Notes: generated by a model from the letters alone, not told the origin. Shown: positions 10,005 to 19,093, numbered from the stretch's first letter. The stretch is DNA of 64,000 nucleotides from Burkholderiales bacterium (GCA_028868855.1 JAGWTR010000002.1:388030-452029), one strand, 5' to 3'. Made by a program: numbers and translations.

Positions 10005-11249
10005 ATGACCCGTCGTCGCGTTGTTGTCACCGGTCTTGGCCTCGTTACTCCCGTGGGTAATACGGTGGACGAGTCCTGGTCGAATCTCATTGCTGGCAAG
10101 TCCGGCATCGACACCATCACCAAATTCGATGCGTCCGCTTTTGCCTGCCAGATCGCAGGCGAGGTCAAGGGCTTCAACATCGAGGATTACATCCCCGGTA
10201 AAGAAGCCCGGCACATGGACACCTTCATCCATTACGGCCTGGCTGCCAGCATGCAGGCCGTGCGCGATGCCGGTTTGCCTGTGGGTGAGGCCTTGACCCC
10301 GCAGATCGCAGAACGCATTGGCTGCATTGTCGGGTCGGGCATTGGCGGCCTGCCCATGATCGAGCAGACCAATAAAGAATATTCCGAGCGCGGCCCGCGC
10401 CGTATCTCGCCTTTCTTTGTGCCGGCGTCCATCATCAACATGATCTCGGGTCATGTGTCGATTCAATGCGGCTTCAAAGGCCCCAATCTGGCCATCGTTT
10501 CAGCCTGCACCACCGGTCTGCACAGCATCGGTCAAGCGGCCCGCATGATCGAATACGGTGATGCCGATGTGATGGTCGCTGGCGGCTCCGAGGCCACCGT
10601 GTCCCCATTGGGTATTGGCGGTTTTGCAGCGGCCCGCGCACTGTCCACACGCAATGACGATCCGCAAACGGCTTCGCGTCCCTGGGACAAGGACCGCGAT
10701 GGCTTTGTGCTGGGCGAGGGTGCCGGCGTGATGGTGCTTGAAGAGTACGAATACGCCAAAGCCCGTGGTGCCCGGATTTACGCTGAGGTCAGCGGCTTTG
10801 GTATGAGCGCCGACGCACACCACATGACGGCCCCGGACATCGACGGCCCGACCCGATCCATGCAGGCTGCGCTGCGCAACGCTGGACTGAACCTTGATCA
10901 GGTGCAGTACCTCAACGCGCATGGCACTTCCACGCCATTGGGTGACGTCAACGAGACCAACGCCATCAAACGCGCCTTCGGCGATCACGCCAAAAATCTG
11001 GTGGTCAATTCCACCAAATCCATGACCGGTCACTTGTTGGGTGGCGCAGGCGGCATCGAATCGGTGTTCACTGTGTTGGCTATCTACCATCAAATCTCGC
11101 CGCCGACAATCAATCTCTTCAACCAGGACCCTGAATGTGACCTGGACTACTGCGCCAACACGGCGCGCGACATGAAGATCGATGCGGCGTTGAAGAACAA
11201 CTTCGGCTTTGGCGGCACCAACGGATCGCTGGTATTCACGCGCGTCTGA
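10005..11249 (+). CDS. fabF: 3-oxoacyl-ACP synthase II
   Basis: 414 aa with SACTTGLHS (active Cys), HGTSTPLGD and GHLLGGAG. Confidence 0.95.
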   Translation: MTRRRVVVTGLGLVTPVGNTVDESWSNLIAGKSGIDTITKFDASAFACQIAGEVKGFNIEDYIPGKEARHMDTFIHYGLAASMQAVRDAGLPVGEALTPQIAERIGCIVGSGIGGLPMIEQTNKEYSERGPRRISPFFVPASIINMISGHVSIQCGFKGPNLAIVSACTTGLHSIGQAARMIEYGDADVMVAGGSEATVSPLGIGGFAAARALSTRNDDPQTASRPWDKDRDGFVLGEGAGVMVLEEYEYAKARGARIYAEVSGFGMSADAHHMTAPDIDGPTRSMQAALRNAGLNLDQVQYLNAHGTSTPLGDVNETNAIKRAFGDHAKNLVVNSTKSMTGHLLGGAGGIESVFTVLAIYHQISPPTINLFNQDPECDLDYCANTARDMKIDAALKNNFGFGGTNGSLVFTRV

Positions 11250-11280
11250 GTCTGCGGTCACCCTGAAAAGCGCCTTGACG

Positions 11281-12147
11281 ATGGCCCTCACGGATCAAAT
11301 CCCAGAGGGTTCGTCCGGGCGTTTTCCCCACCAAGGCCTGCTATCGTTACTGGGGCAGTGGACCTTGCCTTCGGGTGCGTCGCAGGTGCCGCCACTTCAG
11401 TGGGCGGCTCGCAGCCTAATCCTGTTGAGTGCACTGGTTTTGCTGGCGTGGCTGCTCGCCGTGTTGGCGGATGCTCGCTCCAGCCAGATCGCCTGGCACA
11501 GCGCCGTGCTGGCGGTGGGGGCGGCCCTGGCTTGGACGACGATGGCGAGGCGTCTGTGGCTCAGGCTTCGAGGAACTCCATTAACCGGCGGCGTGACGCT
11601 GGTGTGGGGTGGTTTGCCACCATTGCGCCCAGACCCATCGGTCCATCAGCGGCAAACGCATGCTCCGTTGCCAGGGTGGTCGGTCGCGCAATGGGCGCAA
11701 CCGGTGACGGTGCGCGTGGTTTTCGACCTCGGCCCCTGGGTGCTGATCAAAGTGGAATCCAAGGCGGGCGTTGATCAGCCCAGACGGGCCTGGTCATGGG
11801 CGAGTGCGTCGCTCACGCTGGGCGGCGAATCAGGTCACCGCCTGCGCGCCTTGCTGTTCAGTCCAGCCGCTAACGACGTCGACCCTGTGGTCTCGCAGGA
11901 TTCTCGTGCAGATGTCACGGCGGAGGTGGCATCATGGGCGCGTACACAACGCCTGTGGTCCAAATTGTTGCCTGCTTCACATTCTCCTGACTCAACGGTC
12001 AAGCCGAATCTCATCCGTCGAGGCGCTTCTCGTCGAGCGACTTTGGGTGAACCTGGTTTTGCTGCGACACAACTGCTTGACCCTCGTGACTCCTTGCCAA
12101 GCGATGCCCCACGCAGCGCGCAGCAGGAGTGGAGGAGCCGGGAGTGA
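11281..12147 (+). CDS. hypothetical Trp-rich membrane protein
   Basis: ATG 11281 within ORF 11209..12147 gives 288 aa. There are two hydrophobic helices (SLILLSALVLLAWLLAVLA, AVLAVGAALAWTTMA) and 15 Trp. I recognise no family. GC3 falls in the last third. Confidence 0.4.
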   Translation: MALTDQIPEGSSGRFPHQGLLSLLGQWTLPSGASQVPPLQWAARSLILLSALVLLAWLLAVLADARSSQIAWHSAVLAVGAALAWTTMARRLWLRLRGTPLTGGVTLVWGGLPPLRPDPSVHQRQTHAPLPGWSVAQWAQPVTVRVVFDLGPWVLIKVESKAGVDQPRRAWSWASASLTLGGESGHRLRALLFSPAANDVDPVVSQDSRADVTAEVASWARTQRLWSKLLPASHSPDSTVKPNLIRRGASRRATLGEPGFAATQLLDPRDSLPSDAPRSAQQEWRSRE

Positions 12148-12884
12148 CTCCGCCTCGCCTGCCATCTGAGCCGCCCGAGGGGGGGGCGGCTGATCAACCT
12201 CAGTCGTTGGCTCCGGCATTTGAGCCCTTGGGCGCGCTGAACCTGGCTGACGACCGGCCGGTCGGGGCTGTTGTGGCGATCGTGGATGTCGACGCACCTT
12301 TGGTTGAGCGCGTTCAGCGCGGCGATCAACGGGCGTTTGAAATGCTGGTTGTCAAGTACGAGCGCCGCATTCAGCGCCTGATCGCCCGCATGGTGCGCGA
12401 TGTGGACCTGGTCGAGGACATCGCCCAGGAAACATTCATTCGGGCCTATCGAGCCTTGCCCAACTTCCGGGGCGAAAGCGCGTTCTATACATGGTTGTAC
12501 CGCATCGCGGTCAATACCGCCAAGAAGGCGCTCATCGGGCTGAGGCGTGATCCGCTGATCACCGAATCGGCCAGGGGTGGGGGCAGCGATGAGGAGGGTG
12601 AAAATTCACGCGTTGAAAACGAGCTCACCGACGGGGAGACACCCGAGTCCATCATGGCCAGTCGGCAGATCGCCGATACCGTGAACATGGCCATCGAAGC
12701 CCTGTCCGACGACCTGCGCCAAGCCATCACCCTGCGTGAAATCGAAGGCCTCAGTTATGAGGAAATATCAGAAGCAATGAATTGCCCGATTGGCACCGTC
12801 CGTTCGCGGATTTTCCGTGCCCGCGAGGCCATTGCTCAGCGCCTGCGCCCTTTGCTTGAGACGAAGCAGGGCGATCGGTGGTGA
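12129..12884 (+). CDS. rpoE: ECF RNA polymerase sigma factor RpoE (sigma-24)
   Basis: The core LVERVQRGDQRAFEMLVVKYERRIQ aligns with the E. coli RpoE N-terminus. The region 4 HTH reads LREIEGLSYEEISEAMNCPIGTVRSRIFRAREAI. The start is uncertain: GTG 12129 adds about 50 aa, while in-frame GTG 12282 gives about 200 aa. Confidence 0.85.
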   Translation: MEEPGVTPPRLPSEPPEGGAADQPQSLAPAFEPLGALNLADDRPVGAVVAIVDVDAPLVERVQRGDQRAFEMLVVKYERRIQRLIARMVRDVDLVEDIAQETFIRAYRALPNFRGESAFYTWLYRIAVNTAKKALIGLRRDPLITESARGGGSDEEGENSRVENELTDGETPESIMASRQIADTVNMAIEALSDDLRQAITLREIEGLSYEEISEAMNCPIGTVRSRIFRAREAIAQRLRPLLETKQGDRW

Positions 12885-12975
12885 AGTACAGTGAACTTTC
12901 TGTGAGAAGACGTGTCTGACGTCGCAAATGGCCAAATGAATTGGCTGTCCTTCAATGTCGATTCGGAGGTGCTCT

Positions 12976-13710
12976 ATGTCTGACCGTCGCCAGGATGATG
13001 AGGGGTGTTTTGAGATATTTTCGGCTTTGGTCGATGGTGAAGTCAGCACCCAGGAAGTGGCGCGCGCCTGCGGCGTCTGGCGGGATGATGCTCAAGCGCA
13101 GAGGCGGTGGAGCAGCTATCAACTCATCGGTGATGTCATGCGCTCCGATGAGTTGGCCGATGATTCTCGCAGTGCGCAGTTCCTGAAATCGTTCCGGGAA
13201 AGACTGTCACAGGAGCCGGTTGTGTTGGCTCCGGCTGGCTTGGCCGTGCGGCATGAACCTGCCATGGTTGACGTGCCGGAACCTCAAATGGTGCAAACCC
13301 CTCTGCGGCGACGCGTGTGGATCGGGCCCATGGCGGTGGCGGCCTCTTTCGTGATGGTCGTGGGTGCCTTGGTGAGTTCTCAAGGTGGCCTGAGCGGCAG
13401 TGTTGTGGCGCCTGTGGCTGGCGGTGACTTGGCGCAAGGCACTAATGCGTCGTCCAATCAGGCGCTGGCCTTGGCACCCGCATGGTCGGCCAGTGCACTC
13501 ACCGCCGCCTCGACGGTGGATGGCGCCTCCTTCACTGAGGTTGGTGCGCCAGATGCCACGATGGCAACAACGGTGAACCCGGTCTGGCGTGATCCGCAGT
13601 TGAGGCAATTAGTGCCAGTGCAACAGAATAGGCAGGCTGTTGAGCCATCGTTCGCGGCATCAAATAACGGGGATGCGTTGGTTCGCAATGTGGTATTTGA
13701 CGCCCCTTGA
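12976..13710 (+). CDS. anti-sigma-E factor, RseA-like
   Basis: ATG 12976 follows GGAGG. The RseA_N-like N-terminus reads FSALVDGEVS...RRWSSYQLIGDVMRSDEL. There is a single TM helix (VWIGPMAVAASFVMVVGALV). Position downstream of rpoE fits. Confidence 0.7.
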   Translation: MSDRRQDDEGCFEIFSALVDGEVSTQEVARACGVWRDDAQAQRRWSSYQLIGDVMRSDELADDSRSAQFLKSFRERLSQEPVVLAPAGLAVRHEPAMVDVPEPQMVQTPLRRRVWIGPMAVAASFVMVVGALVSSQGGLSGSVVAPVAGGDLAQGTNASSNQALALAPAWSASALTAASTVDGASFTEVGAPDATMATTVNPVWRDPQLRQLVPVQQNRQAVEPSFAASNNGDALVRNVVFDAP

Positions 13711-13829
13711 TTTCTGCGAAACGTCCCTTAGATATACGCCGCTCGGGCTTGCCTTGGCGGCGTTTGCATTTGCGCACACGGCTTTACCATCAAGGCATCG
13801 GGCTTTACGTTTGGAAACTCGCCCACAGT

Positions 13830-13857
13830 GAACTGTCATCGGCTGACTGTGCTCTAA
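13830..13857 (+). promoter_or_regulatory. sigmaE/AlgU-type promoter candidate upstream of degP/mucD
   Basis: GAACTG (13830..13835), a 17-nt spacer, then TCTAA (13853..13857). This compares with the ECF sigmaE/AlgU consensus GAACTT-N16-17-TCnnA. It lies about 25 nt upstream of the degP-like start. Confidence 0.45.
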
Positions 13858-13882
13858 CGTTGAAGACAACGTCCCTTCATTT

Positions 13883-15478
13883 TTGAGGCTTTTCGCAATG
13901 GCATCTTTTCCGCAGTCGGGGTCTTCTACCACTTCCGTCGTGCGCCGTACCTTGGTGGTCGGCGCTGTGGTTTCTGCAGTAGGACTGGTGTTGAGCTCCA
14001 GCCTCTTGCCCCATGCATCGCAGGCGTCGCAACCCGTGGTAGCGGCACCAGTCGTCACGCCGCCGATCGTCACGACGCCACAGTCAAGTACGCCGGCGCC
14101 TTTGATCGTCCGAGGTCTGCCCGACTTCACTGAATTGGTGGAGCAGGTCGGGCCGTCTGTGGTCAGTATTCGAACGACCCAGCGAGTCAGCGTTGATGCC
14201 GAGGCCGAGGGTGATGAAGCTGATGCGCAGATGCGTGAGTTCTTTCGCCGCTTCTTTGGCACGCCAATGCCCGGCCAGGATCCGCGTAAAAGTGCACCCA
14301 AATCCAAACCAAAGAGTGGTGACCAAGGTGAAGAAAAAACGCGCGGCCTTGGTTCTGGTTTTATTCTCAGCACCGATGGCTTTGTCCTGACCAACGCGCA
14401 CGTGATTGACGGCGCCGACGAGGTCTACGTCACCCTCACCGACAAGCGCGAGTACAAGGCCAAGGTCGTTGGCGCGGACAAACGCACCGATGTGGCCGTG
14501 GTCAAGATCGATGCCGCCAAGCTGCCAGCGGTGCGCATTGGTGACGTAAGCCGACTGAAGGTGGGCGAATGGGTGATCGCCATTGGCACGCCCTTCGGTC
14601 TGGAAAACACGGTCACGTCCGGCATCGTCAGCGCCAAGGCGCGAGACACCGGCGAAGAGGTCCGATTCATCCAGACTGATGTGGCCGTCAACCCCGGAAA
14701 CTCCGGCGGCCCCTTGATCAATATGCGTGGTGAAGTGGTCGGCATCAATTCGCAGATCCTGAGCCGCTCTGGCGGATTCATGGGCATCTCGCTGTCCATT
14801 CCCATTGACGACGCCATCAAAGTTGCCAATCAATTACGAACGGGCGGCAAGGTGATCCGTGGTCGCATCGGCGTGCAGATCGAGCCGGTGACCAAGGAAG
14901 TGGCCGAATCGCTTGGATTGACCAAGGCGCAAGGTGCTGTCGTGCGCATGGTGGAGCCCGGTGGTCCTGCCGACAAGGCTGGGGTCGAGGCGGGCGACAT
15001 CATCACCAAGTTCGATGGGCAGACGGTTGAAAAGGCGGGTGACTTGCCGCGCCTGGTCGGTGGCACCAAGCCGGGTACGAAGTCCACAATGCAGGTGTTC
15101 CGCCGCGGCGCTTACAAGGATTTGGGCATCAACGTGGTTGAGTTGGATCAGGACAAAGTTGCCAAGGGCGATGCGCCCGATGAGGCCAAGCCCTCGACGT
15201 CTGTGGCGTCTTTAGGCTTGAGCCTGTCGGACTTGTCCGCAGCGCAGAAGCGTGAACTCAAGATCAACGGTGGTGTGCTGGTCGACGATGTTGACGGGCC
15301 TGCGGCACGTGCGGGACTGCGCCCTGGCGACGTCATCCTGGCGCTTGGCAACGTGCAGATCTCGGGTGTTCGCCAGTTTGAGTCCGTGCTGTCCAAGCTG
15401 GAGAAGAACCGTCCGGTGAGCGTCTTGGTGCGTCGTGGTGACTGGGCGCAGTACGCCATCATCCGACCCGGCAAATGA
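13883..15478 (+). CDS. periplasmic serine endoprotease, Do/DegP/MucD family
   Basis: 531 aa with a signal sequence, TNAHV and GNSGGPL catalytic motifs, and two PDZ domains. The start could be ATG 13898. Confidence 0.9.
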   Translation: MRLFAMASFPQSGSSTTSVVRRTLVVGAVVSAVGLVLSSSLLPHASQASQPVVAAPVVTPPIVTTPQSSTPAPLIVRGLPDFTELVEQVGPSVVSIRTTQRVSVDAEAEGDEADAQMREFFRRFFGTPMPGQDPRKSAPKSKPKSGDQGEEKTRGLGSGFILSTDGFVLTNAHVIDGADEVYVTLTDKREYKAKVVGADKRTDVAVVKIDAAKLPAVRIGDVSRLKVGEWVIAIGTPFGLENTVTSGIVSAKARDTGEEVRFIQTDVAVNPGNSGGPLINMRGEVVGINSQILSRSGGFMGISLSIPIDDAIKVANQLRTGGKVIRGRIGVQIEPVTKEVAESLGLTKAQGAVVRMVEPGGPADKAGVEAGDIITKFDGQTVEKAGDLPRLVGGTKPGTKSTMQVFRRGAYKDLGINVVELDQDKVAKGDAPDEAKPSTSVASLGLSLSDLSAAQKRELKINGGVLVDDVDGPAARAGLRPGDVILALGNVQISGVRQFESVLSKLEKNRPVSVLVRRGDWAQYAIIRPGK

Positions 15479-15512
15479 GCCTGGTCGGCCCTTGAGAAGG
15501 CATTGAATGCCG

Positions 15513-15546
15513 CCCGGCAAGAAGTCCGACCGCCTTGCTGGGTTTT
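15513..15546 (+). terminator. rho-independent terminator candidate after degP/mucD
   Basis: cccggcaag (15513..15521) pairs with cttgctggg (15534..15542), 9 bp including one G.U, followed by TTTT (15543..15546). Confidence 0.5.
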
Positions 15547-15731
15547 GTATTGCAAAAATTACACAGGATTTGCGAAATCTTCCCGAAGGCTTTTCTTCGA
15601 AAATCGCTGTTGATAACTTTGCTGAATCGCCGTGGAATCTGGCTACAATCGACCCGGTTAAGCGCGCCATTGCTAACCGGAGGGAAAAGGGTCGTCACCA
15701 GAGGGGCCCGAGCCGCTCTCCGCAGGCTAAA

Positions 15732-15768
15732 GTTGTCAACAGCAACCTGTGGATAAGCTGTTGACAAC
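15732..15768. promoter_or_regulatory. 12-bp perfect inverted repeat with a perfect DnaA box in its 13-nt spacer
   Basis: GTTGTCAACAGC (15732..15743) and GCTGTTGACAAC (15757..15768) are exact reverse complements. The spacer contains TGTGGATAA (15748..15756), the complement of TTATCCACA. Confidence 0.35.
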
Positions 15769-15849
15769 ACTCTTGTTGGCGGCCTGCAACGACCCTCACT
15801 GCAGCCGGGAAGCGGCTTGCGAAGGGATGCTTTTGGCTACAATGAATGC

Positions 15850-15915
15850 CCAACAAGCAGTTGCCATACGTTTTTGTTGGAAGGCGCGTCATCCATTTCG
15901 ACGTGCCTTTTTTTT
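15850..15915 (+). terminator. two-hairpin element ending in an intrinsic-terminator-like stem plus U8, abutting the lepA ATG
   Basis: Hairpin 1 pairs ccaacaa (15850..15856) with ttgttgg (15874..15880). Hairpin 2 pairs aggcgcgtc (15882..15890) with gacgtgcct (15900..15908), 9 bp with one G.U. T8 (15908..15915) follows, and the lepA ATG is at 15916. A TACAAT hexamer lies at 15838..15843. Confidence 0.5.
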
Positions 15916-17724
15916 ATGAATCACATCCGTAATTTCTCCATCATTGCCCACATCGACCATGGCAAATCCACGCTGGCCGATCGCATCATTCAACTATGCG
16001 GAGGCCTGAGCGACCGCGAGATGGAAGCCCAGGTGCTCGACTCGATGGATATCGAGAAAGAGCGCGGCATCACGATCAAGGCACAGACGGCTGCACTGTC
16101 TTACAAGGCACGCGATGGCCGGGTCTACAACCTCAACCTCATCGACACGCCGGGACACGTTGACTTCTCTTACGAGGTCAGCCGTTCACTGTCGGCCTGC
16201 GAAGGCGCGTTGCTCGTGGTGGATGCCAGCCAGGGCGTCGAAGCCCAGACGGTGGCCAACTGCTACACCGCGCTTGATCTGGGCGTCACGGTCATCCCGG
16301 TCCTCAACAAGATGGACTTGCCACAGTCCGACCCTGAGCGCGCCAAGGAAGAGATCGAAGACGTCATCGGCATTGATGCCACCGACGCCATCCCTTGCTC
16401 GGCCAAGACCGGCATGGGCGTCGAAGACATCCTCGAAGCCGTGGTCGCGCGCATGCCTGCGCCGCAGGGCAATGCCGATGGCCCGCTGCGCGCCATGATC
16501 GTTGATTCGTGGTTCGACAACTACGTGGGCGTGGTCATGCTGGTGCGCGTGGTCGATGGTGAGTTGCGCAAGGGCGAACGCATTCGCCTGATGGCGGCCA
16601 ACGCCGTGTACCCGGCTGAACATCTTGGCGTGTTCACACCCAAGTCCGTCGATCGTGCTGTACTGCGGGCCGGCGAAGTGGGTTTCGTGATCTGTGGCAT
16701 CAAGGAGTTGCAGAACGCCAAGGTGGGCGACACGATCACGGTTGAGAAGAAGCTGCCCAACAATGCGGGCCCAGCCACCGAAGCCTTGCCAGGGTTCAAG
16801 GAGATCCAGCCCCAGGTGTTTGCTGGCCTCTATCCCACAGAGGCCAGCGAATACGATCAGCTGCGAGATGCGCTGGAAAAGCTCAAGCTCAACGACTCGT
16901 CGCTCCGTTATGAGCCCGAAGTCTCGCAAGCCTTGGGCTTTGGCTTTCGTTGCGGATTTCTGGGTTTGTTGCACATGGAAATTGTGCAGGAGCGCCTGGA
17001 GCGCGAGTTCGATCAGGATCTCATCACCACTGCGCCCAGTGTTGTTTACGAGGTGGAGTTGAATGACGGCGCAGTGATCGAGGTTGAGAATCCCTCCAAG
17101 ATGCCCGAGTTGGGTCGCATCCGGGAAATTCGCGAGCCCATCGTCACCGTGCATTTGTATATGCCGCAGGACTATGTCGGCACGGTGATGACTCTGGCCA
17201 ATCAAAAGCGTGGTGTGCAGCTGAACATGGCCTACCACGGTCGCCAGGTCATGCTCACCTACGAGATGCCGCTGGCCGAGATCGTGCTCGACTTTTTCGA
17301 CAAGCTCAAGAGCGTGTCGCGTGGCTACGCGTCCATGGACTACGAGTTCAAGGAGTACCGAGCCTCTGATGTGGTCAAGGTCGACATCCTGATCAATGGC
17401 GATCGTGTGGATGCACTGTCGATCATCGTGCACCGTGCGCAAAGCCAGTTCCGTGGCCGAGGGGTGGCCGCCAAGATGCGCGAACAGATCCCGCGTCAGA
17501 TGTACGACGTGGCCATTCAGGCGGCCATTGGCGCCAACATCATCGCGCGGGAGAACATCAAGGCACTACGCAAGAACGTGCTGGCAAAATGCTATGGCGG
17601 TGATGTTAGCCGCAAGCGCAAGCTGCTCGAAAAACAAAAGGCCGGTAAAAAACGCATGAAACAAATCGGGACCGTCGAGGTGCCCCAAGAAGCGTTCCTG
17701 GCCATTCTTCAAGTGGATGATTAA
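15916..17724 (+). CDS. lepA: translation elongation factor 4 (LepA)
   Basis: ATG 15916 within ORF 15817..17724 gives [26 protein letters not shown], matching the E. coli LepA N-terminus. 602 aa. Confidence 0.95.
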   Translation: MNHIRNFSIIAHIDHGKSTLADRIIQLCGGLSDREMEAQVLDSMDIEKERGITIKAQTAALSYKARDGRVYNLNLIDTPGHVDFSYEVSRSLSACEGALLVVDASQGVEAQTVANCYTALDLGVTVIPVLNKMDLPQSDPERAKEEIEDVIGIDATDAIPCSAKTGMGVEDILEAVVARMPAPQGNADGPLRAMIVDSWFDNYVGVVMLVRVVDGELRKGERIRLMAANAVYPAEHLGVFTPKSVDRAVLRAGEVGFVICGIKELQNAKVGDTITVEKKLPNNAGPATEALPGFKEIQPQVFAGLYPTEASEYDQLRDALEKLKLNDSSLRYEPEVSQALGFGFRCGFLGLLHMEIVQERLEREFDQDLITTAPSVVYEVELNDGAVIEVENPSKMPELGRIREIREPIVTVHLYMPQDYVGTVMTLANQKRGVQLNMAYHGRQVMLTYEMPLAEIVLDFFDKLKSVSRGYASMDYEFKEYRASDVVKVDILINGDRVDALSIIVHRAQSQFRGRGVAAKMREQIPRQMYDVAIQAAIGANIIARENIKALRKNVLAKCYGGDVSRKRKLLEKQKAGKKRMKQIGTVEVPQEAFLAILQVDD

Positions 17725-18695
17725 TGAGTTTCCTCACTGGTATTTTGTACGGCGCCCTGGTGATTTATCTGGGGGGTTGGTATGTCGGGCAATGGCAGGG
17801 GAATTTCTCGCTGCTGCTGTTTGTGCTGTCGGTGATTACGCTGTTCTACTGGCTGGCCGAACGCTACAAATTCCGCCTGGAACGGGAGGCCGCTGCCGCC
17901 AAGTTGGTGGTGCAGGACGAGGCCCGACGCGCCGAGTTGTCACGCCAGGGCATTGCCCAGGTTGACGGCAACGTGGGGCAGGCGCGTGAACGCCTACTCA
18001 TGCAACCGTGGTGGCTGGACTGGACGGCAGGACTCTTCCCGGTGATCGTGGTGGTGTTTCTGATGCGCTCGTTCCTGTTCGAGCCGTTCAAAATCCCGTC
18101 TGGTTCGATGGTGCCAACCTTGATGGTGGGCGACCTCATCTTGGTCAACAAATTTCACTACGGTATTCGTCTGCCGGTGATCAACAAGAAGATCATTGCC
18201 AACAACGAGCCCAAGCGTGGCGACGTCATGGTGTTTCGCTACCCGGTCAACCCCAGCTTGGATTACATCAAGCGCGTGGTGGGCTTGCCTGGGGATGAAA
18301 TTGCCTATCTCAACAAGCACCTGACCATCAATGGTCAACCCATTGAGCAAACGCCACTGGCCGAGTTTTATGACGAAGACAGTCTGCGCTATTCCTTGCA
18401 GTTTTCTGAAAACCTCACCGGGGTGAATCACCGCATTTTGGTGGACAAGGATCGCCCCCCTTACGTCCCTCCTCAGGGTATTGAAGACTATCCCTTCAAG
18501 GAAAACTGCCGTTACAGTGGTGAAGGGGTTGTTTGCAAGGTCCCGCCCAAGCACTATTTCATGATGGGCGACAACCGTGACAACTCTCAGGATTCCCGCT
18601 TTTGGGGCTTCGTGCCCGACGAGAATATCGTCGGCAAGGCCTTTGTGGTGTGGATGAATTTTGGCAATCTCAAGCGCGTTGGGTTTTTTCAATGA
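17724..18695 (+). CDS. lepB: signal peptidase I
   Basis: 323 aa with SGSMVPTL (Ser box) and KRVVGLPGD (Lys box). The start overlaps the lepA stop (TAATG). Confidence 0.9.
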   Translation: MSFLTGILYGALVIYLGGWYVGQWQGNFSLLLFVLSVITLFYWLAERYKFRLEREAAAAKLVVQDEARRAELSRQGIAQVDGNVGQARERLLMQPWWLDWTAGLFPVIVVVFLMRSFLFEPFKIPSGSMVPTLMVGDLILVNKFHYGIRLPVINKKIIANNEPKRGDVMVFRYPVNPSLDYIKRVVGLPGDEIAYLNKHLTINGQPIEQTPLAEFYDEDSLRYSLQFSENLTGVNHRILVDKDRPPYVPPQGIEDYPFKENCRYSGEGVVCKVPPKHYFMMGDNRDNSQDSRFWGFVPDENIVGKAFVVWMNFGNLKRVGFFQ

Positions 18696-19060
18696 GTCAT
18701 GCAGAGGGCAATATGAAGCGTTCGCAATCGGGTGTCACACTGATCGGCTTGTTGTTTTGGGCGGTGCTGCTGAGCAGCGTCGCGCTGGTGGTCATGAAGG
18801 TGGTGCCGGCTGTCATGGAGTATCAAACCATACAGACGATGGTCACCAAGGCCGCCGCTGCGGGCACCACCGTGCCTGAAATCCGCGCAGCCTTTGACCG
18901 TGACAAGGCTGTGCAGTACGGCGTGGAATCCATCTCCTCACGCGACCTGGACATCACCAAGGAAAACGACAAGGTGGTGGTCAAGTTTGCGTACGACAAG
19001 GAAATTCCTCTCGTCGAGCCGGTCTACCTCCTGATCAAGTTCCAAGGCCGTTCCAAGTGA
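18692..19060 (+). CDS. DUF4845-like small membrane-anchored protein
   Basis: ATG 18692 overlaps the lepB stop (ATGA); ATG 18713 is an alternative start. The N-terminal TM helix reads GVTLIGLLFWAVLLSSVALVV. The lepB-rnc position is typical for this family in betaproteobacteria. Confidence 0.6.
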   Translation: MSHAEGNMKRSQSGVTLIGLLFWAVLLSSVALVVMKVVPAVMEYQTIQTMVTKAAAAGTTVPEIRAAFDRDKAVQYGVESISSRDLDITKENDKVVVKFAYDKEIPLVEPVYLLIKFQGRSK

Positions 19061-19093
19061 TGTGCGTGGGTTTTGCTGACACGGCGGTTTGAG

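Noticed and set aside
13720-13877. A 10-bp direct repeat bracketing a ~140-bp segment could be the target-site duplication of a MITE or small insertion.
   Set aside because: The segment ends show no terminal inverted repeats (agatatacg... versus ...gttgaagac), and no similar copy occurs elsewhere in the window. I report it under the sigmaE-promoter finding, not as a mobile element.
15547-15915. Possible chromosomal origin or DnaA-box cluster, because of the perfect TTATCCACA box in an AT-richer spacer.
   Set aside because: There is only one perfect box, no cluster of boxes, no 13-mer-type AT-rich unwinding element, and no dnaA/dnaN/gidA/parAB context. I kept it only as a single-site observation.
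16186-17442. 418-aa ORF antisense to lepA. Similar long antisense ORFs lie opposite era (19969..21159), nagZ (23215..24270), pdxJ/acpS (22043..23098), glyQ (40230..41222), ispG (57483..58817), der (62375..63100) and the COG0523 gene (36720..37838).
   Set aside because: Each lies exactly opposite a gene with unambiguous conserved motifs. The translations are Arg/Gly/His/Gln-rich with no recognisable motifs. Stop-codon depletion on the antisense strand is expected in GC-rich coding DNA.
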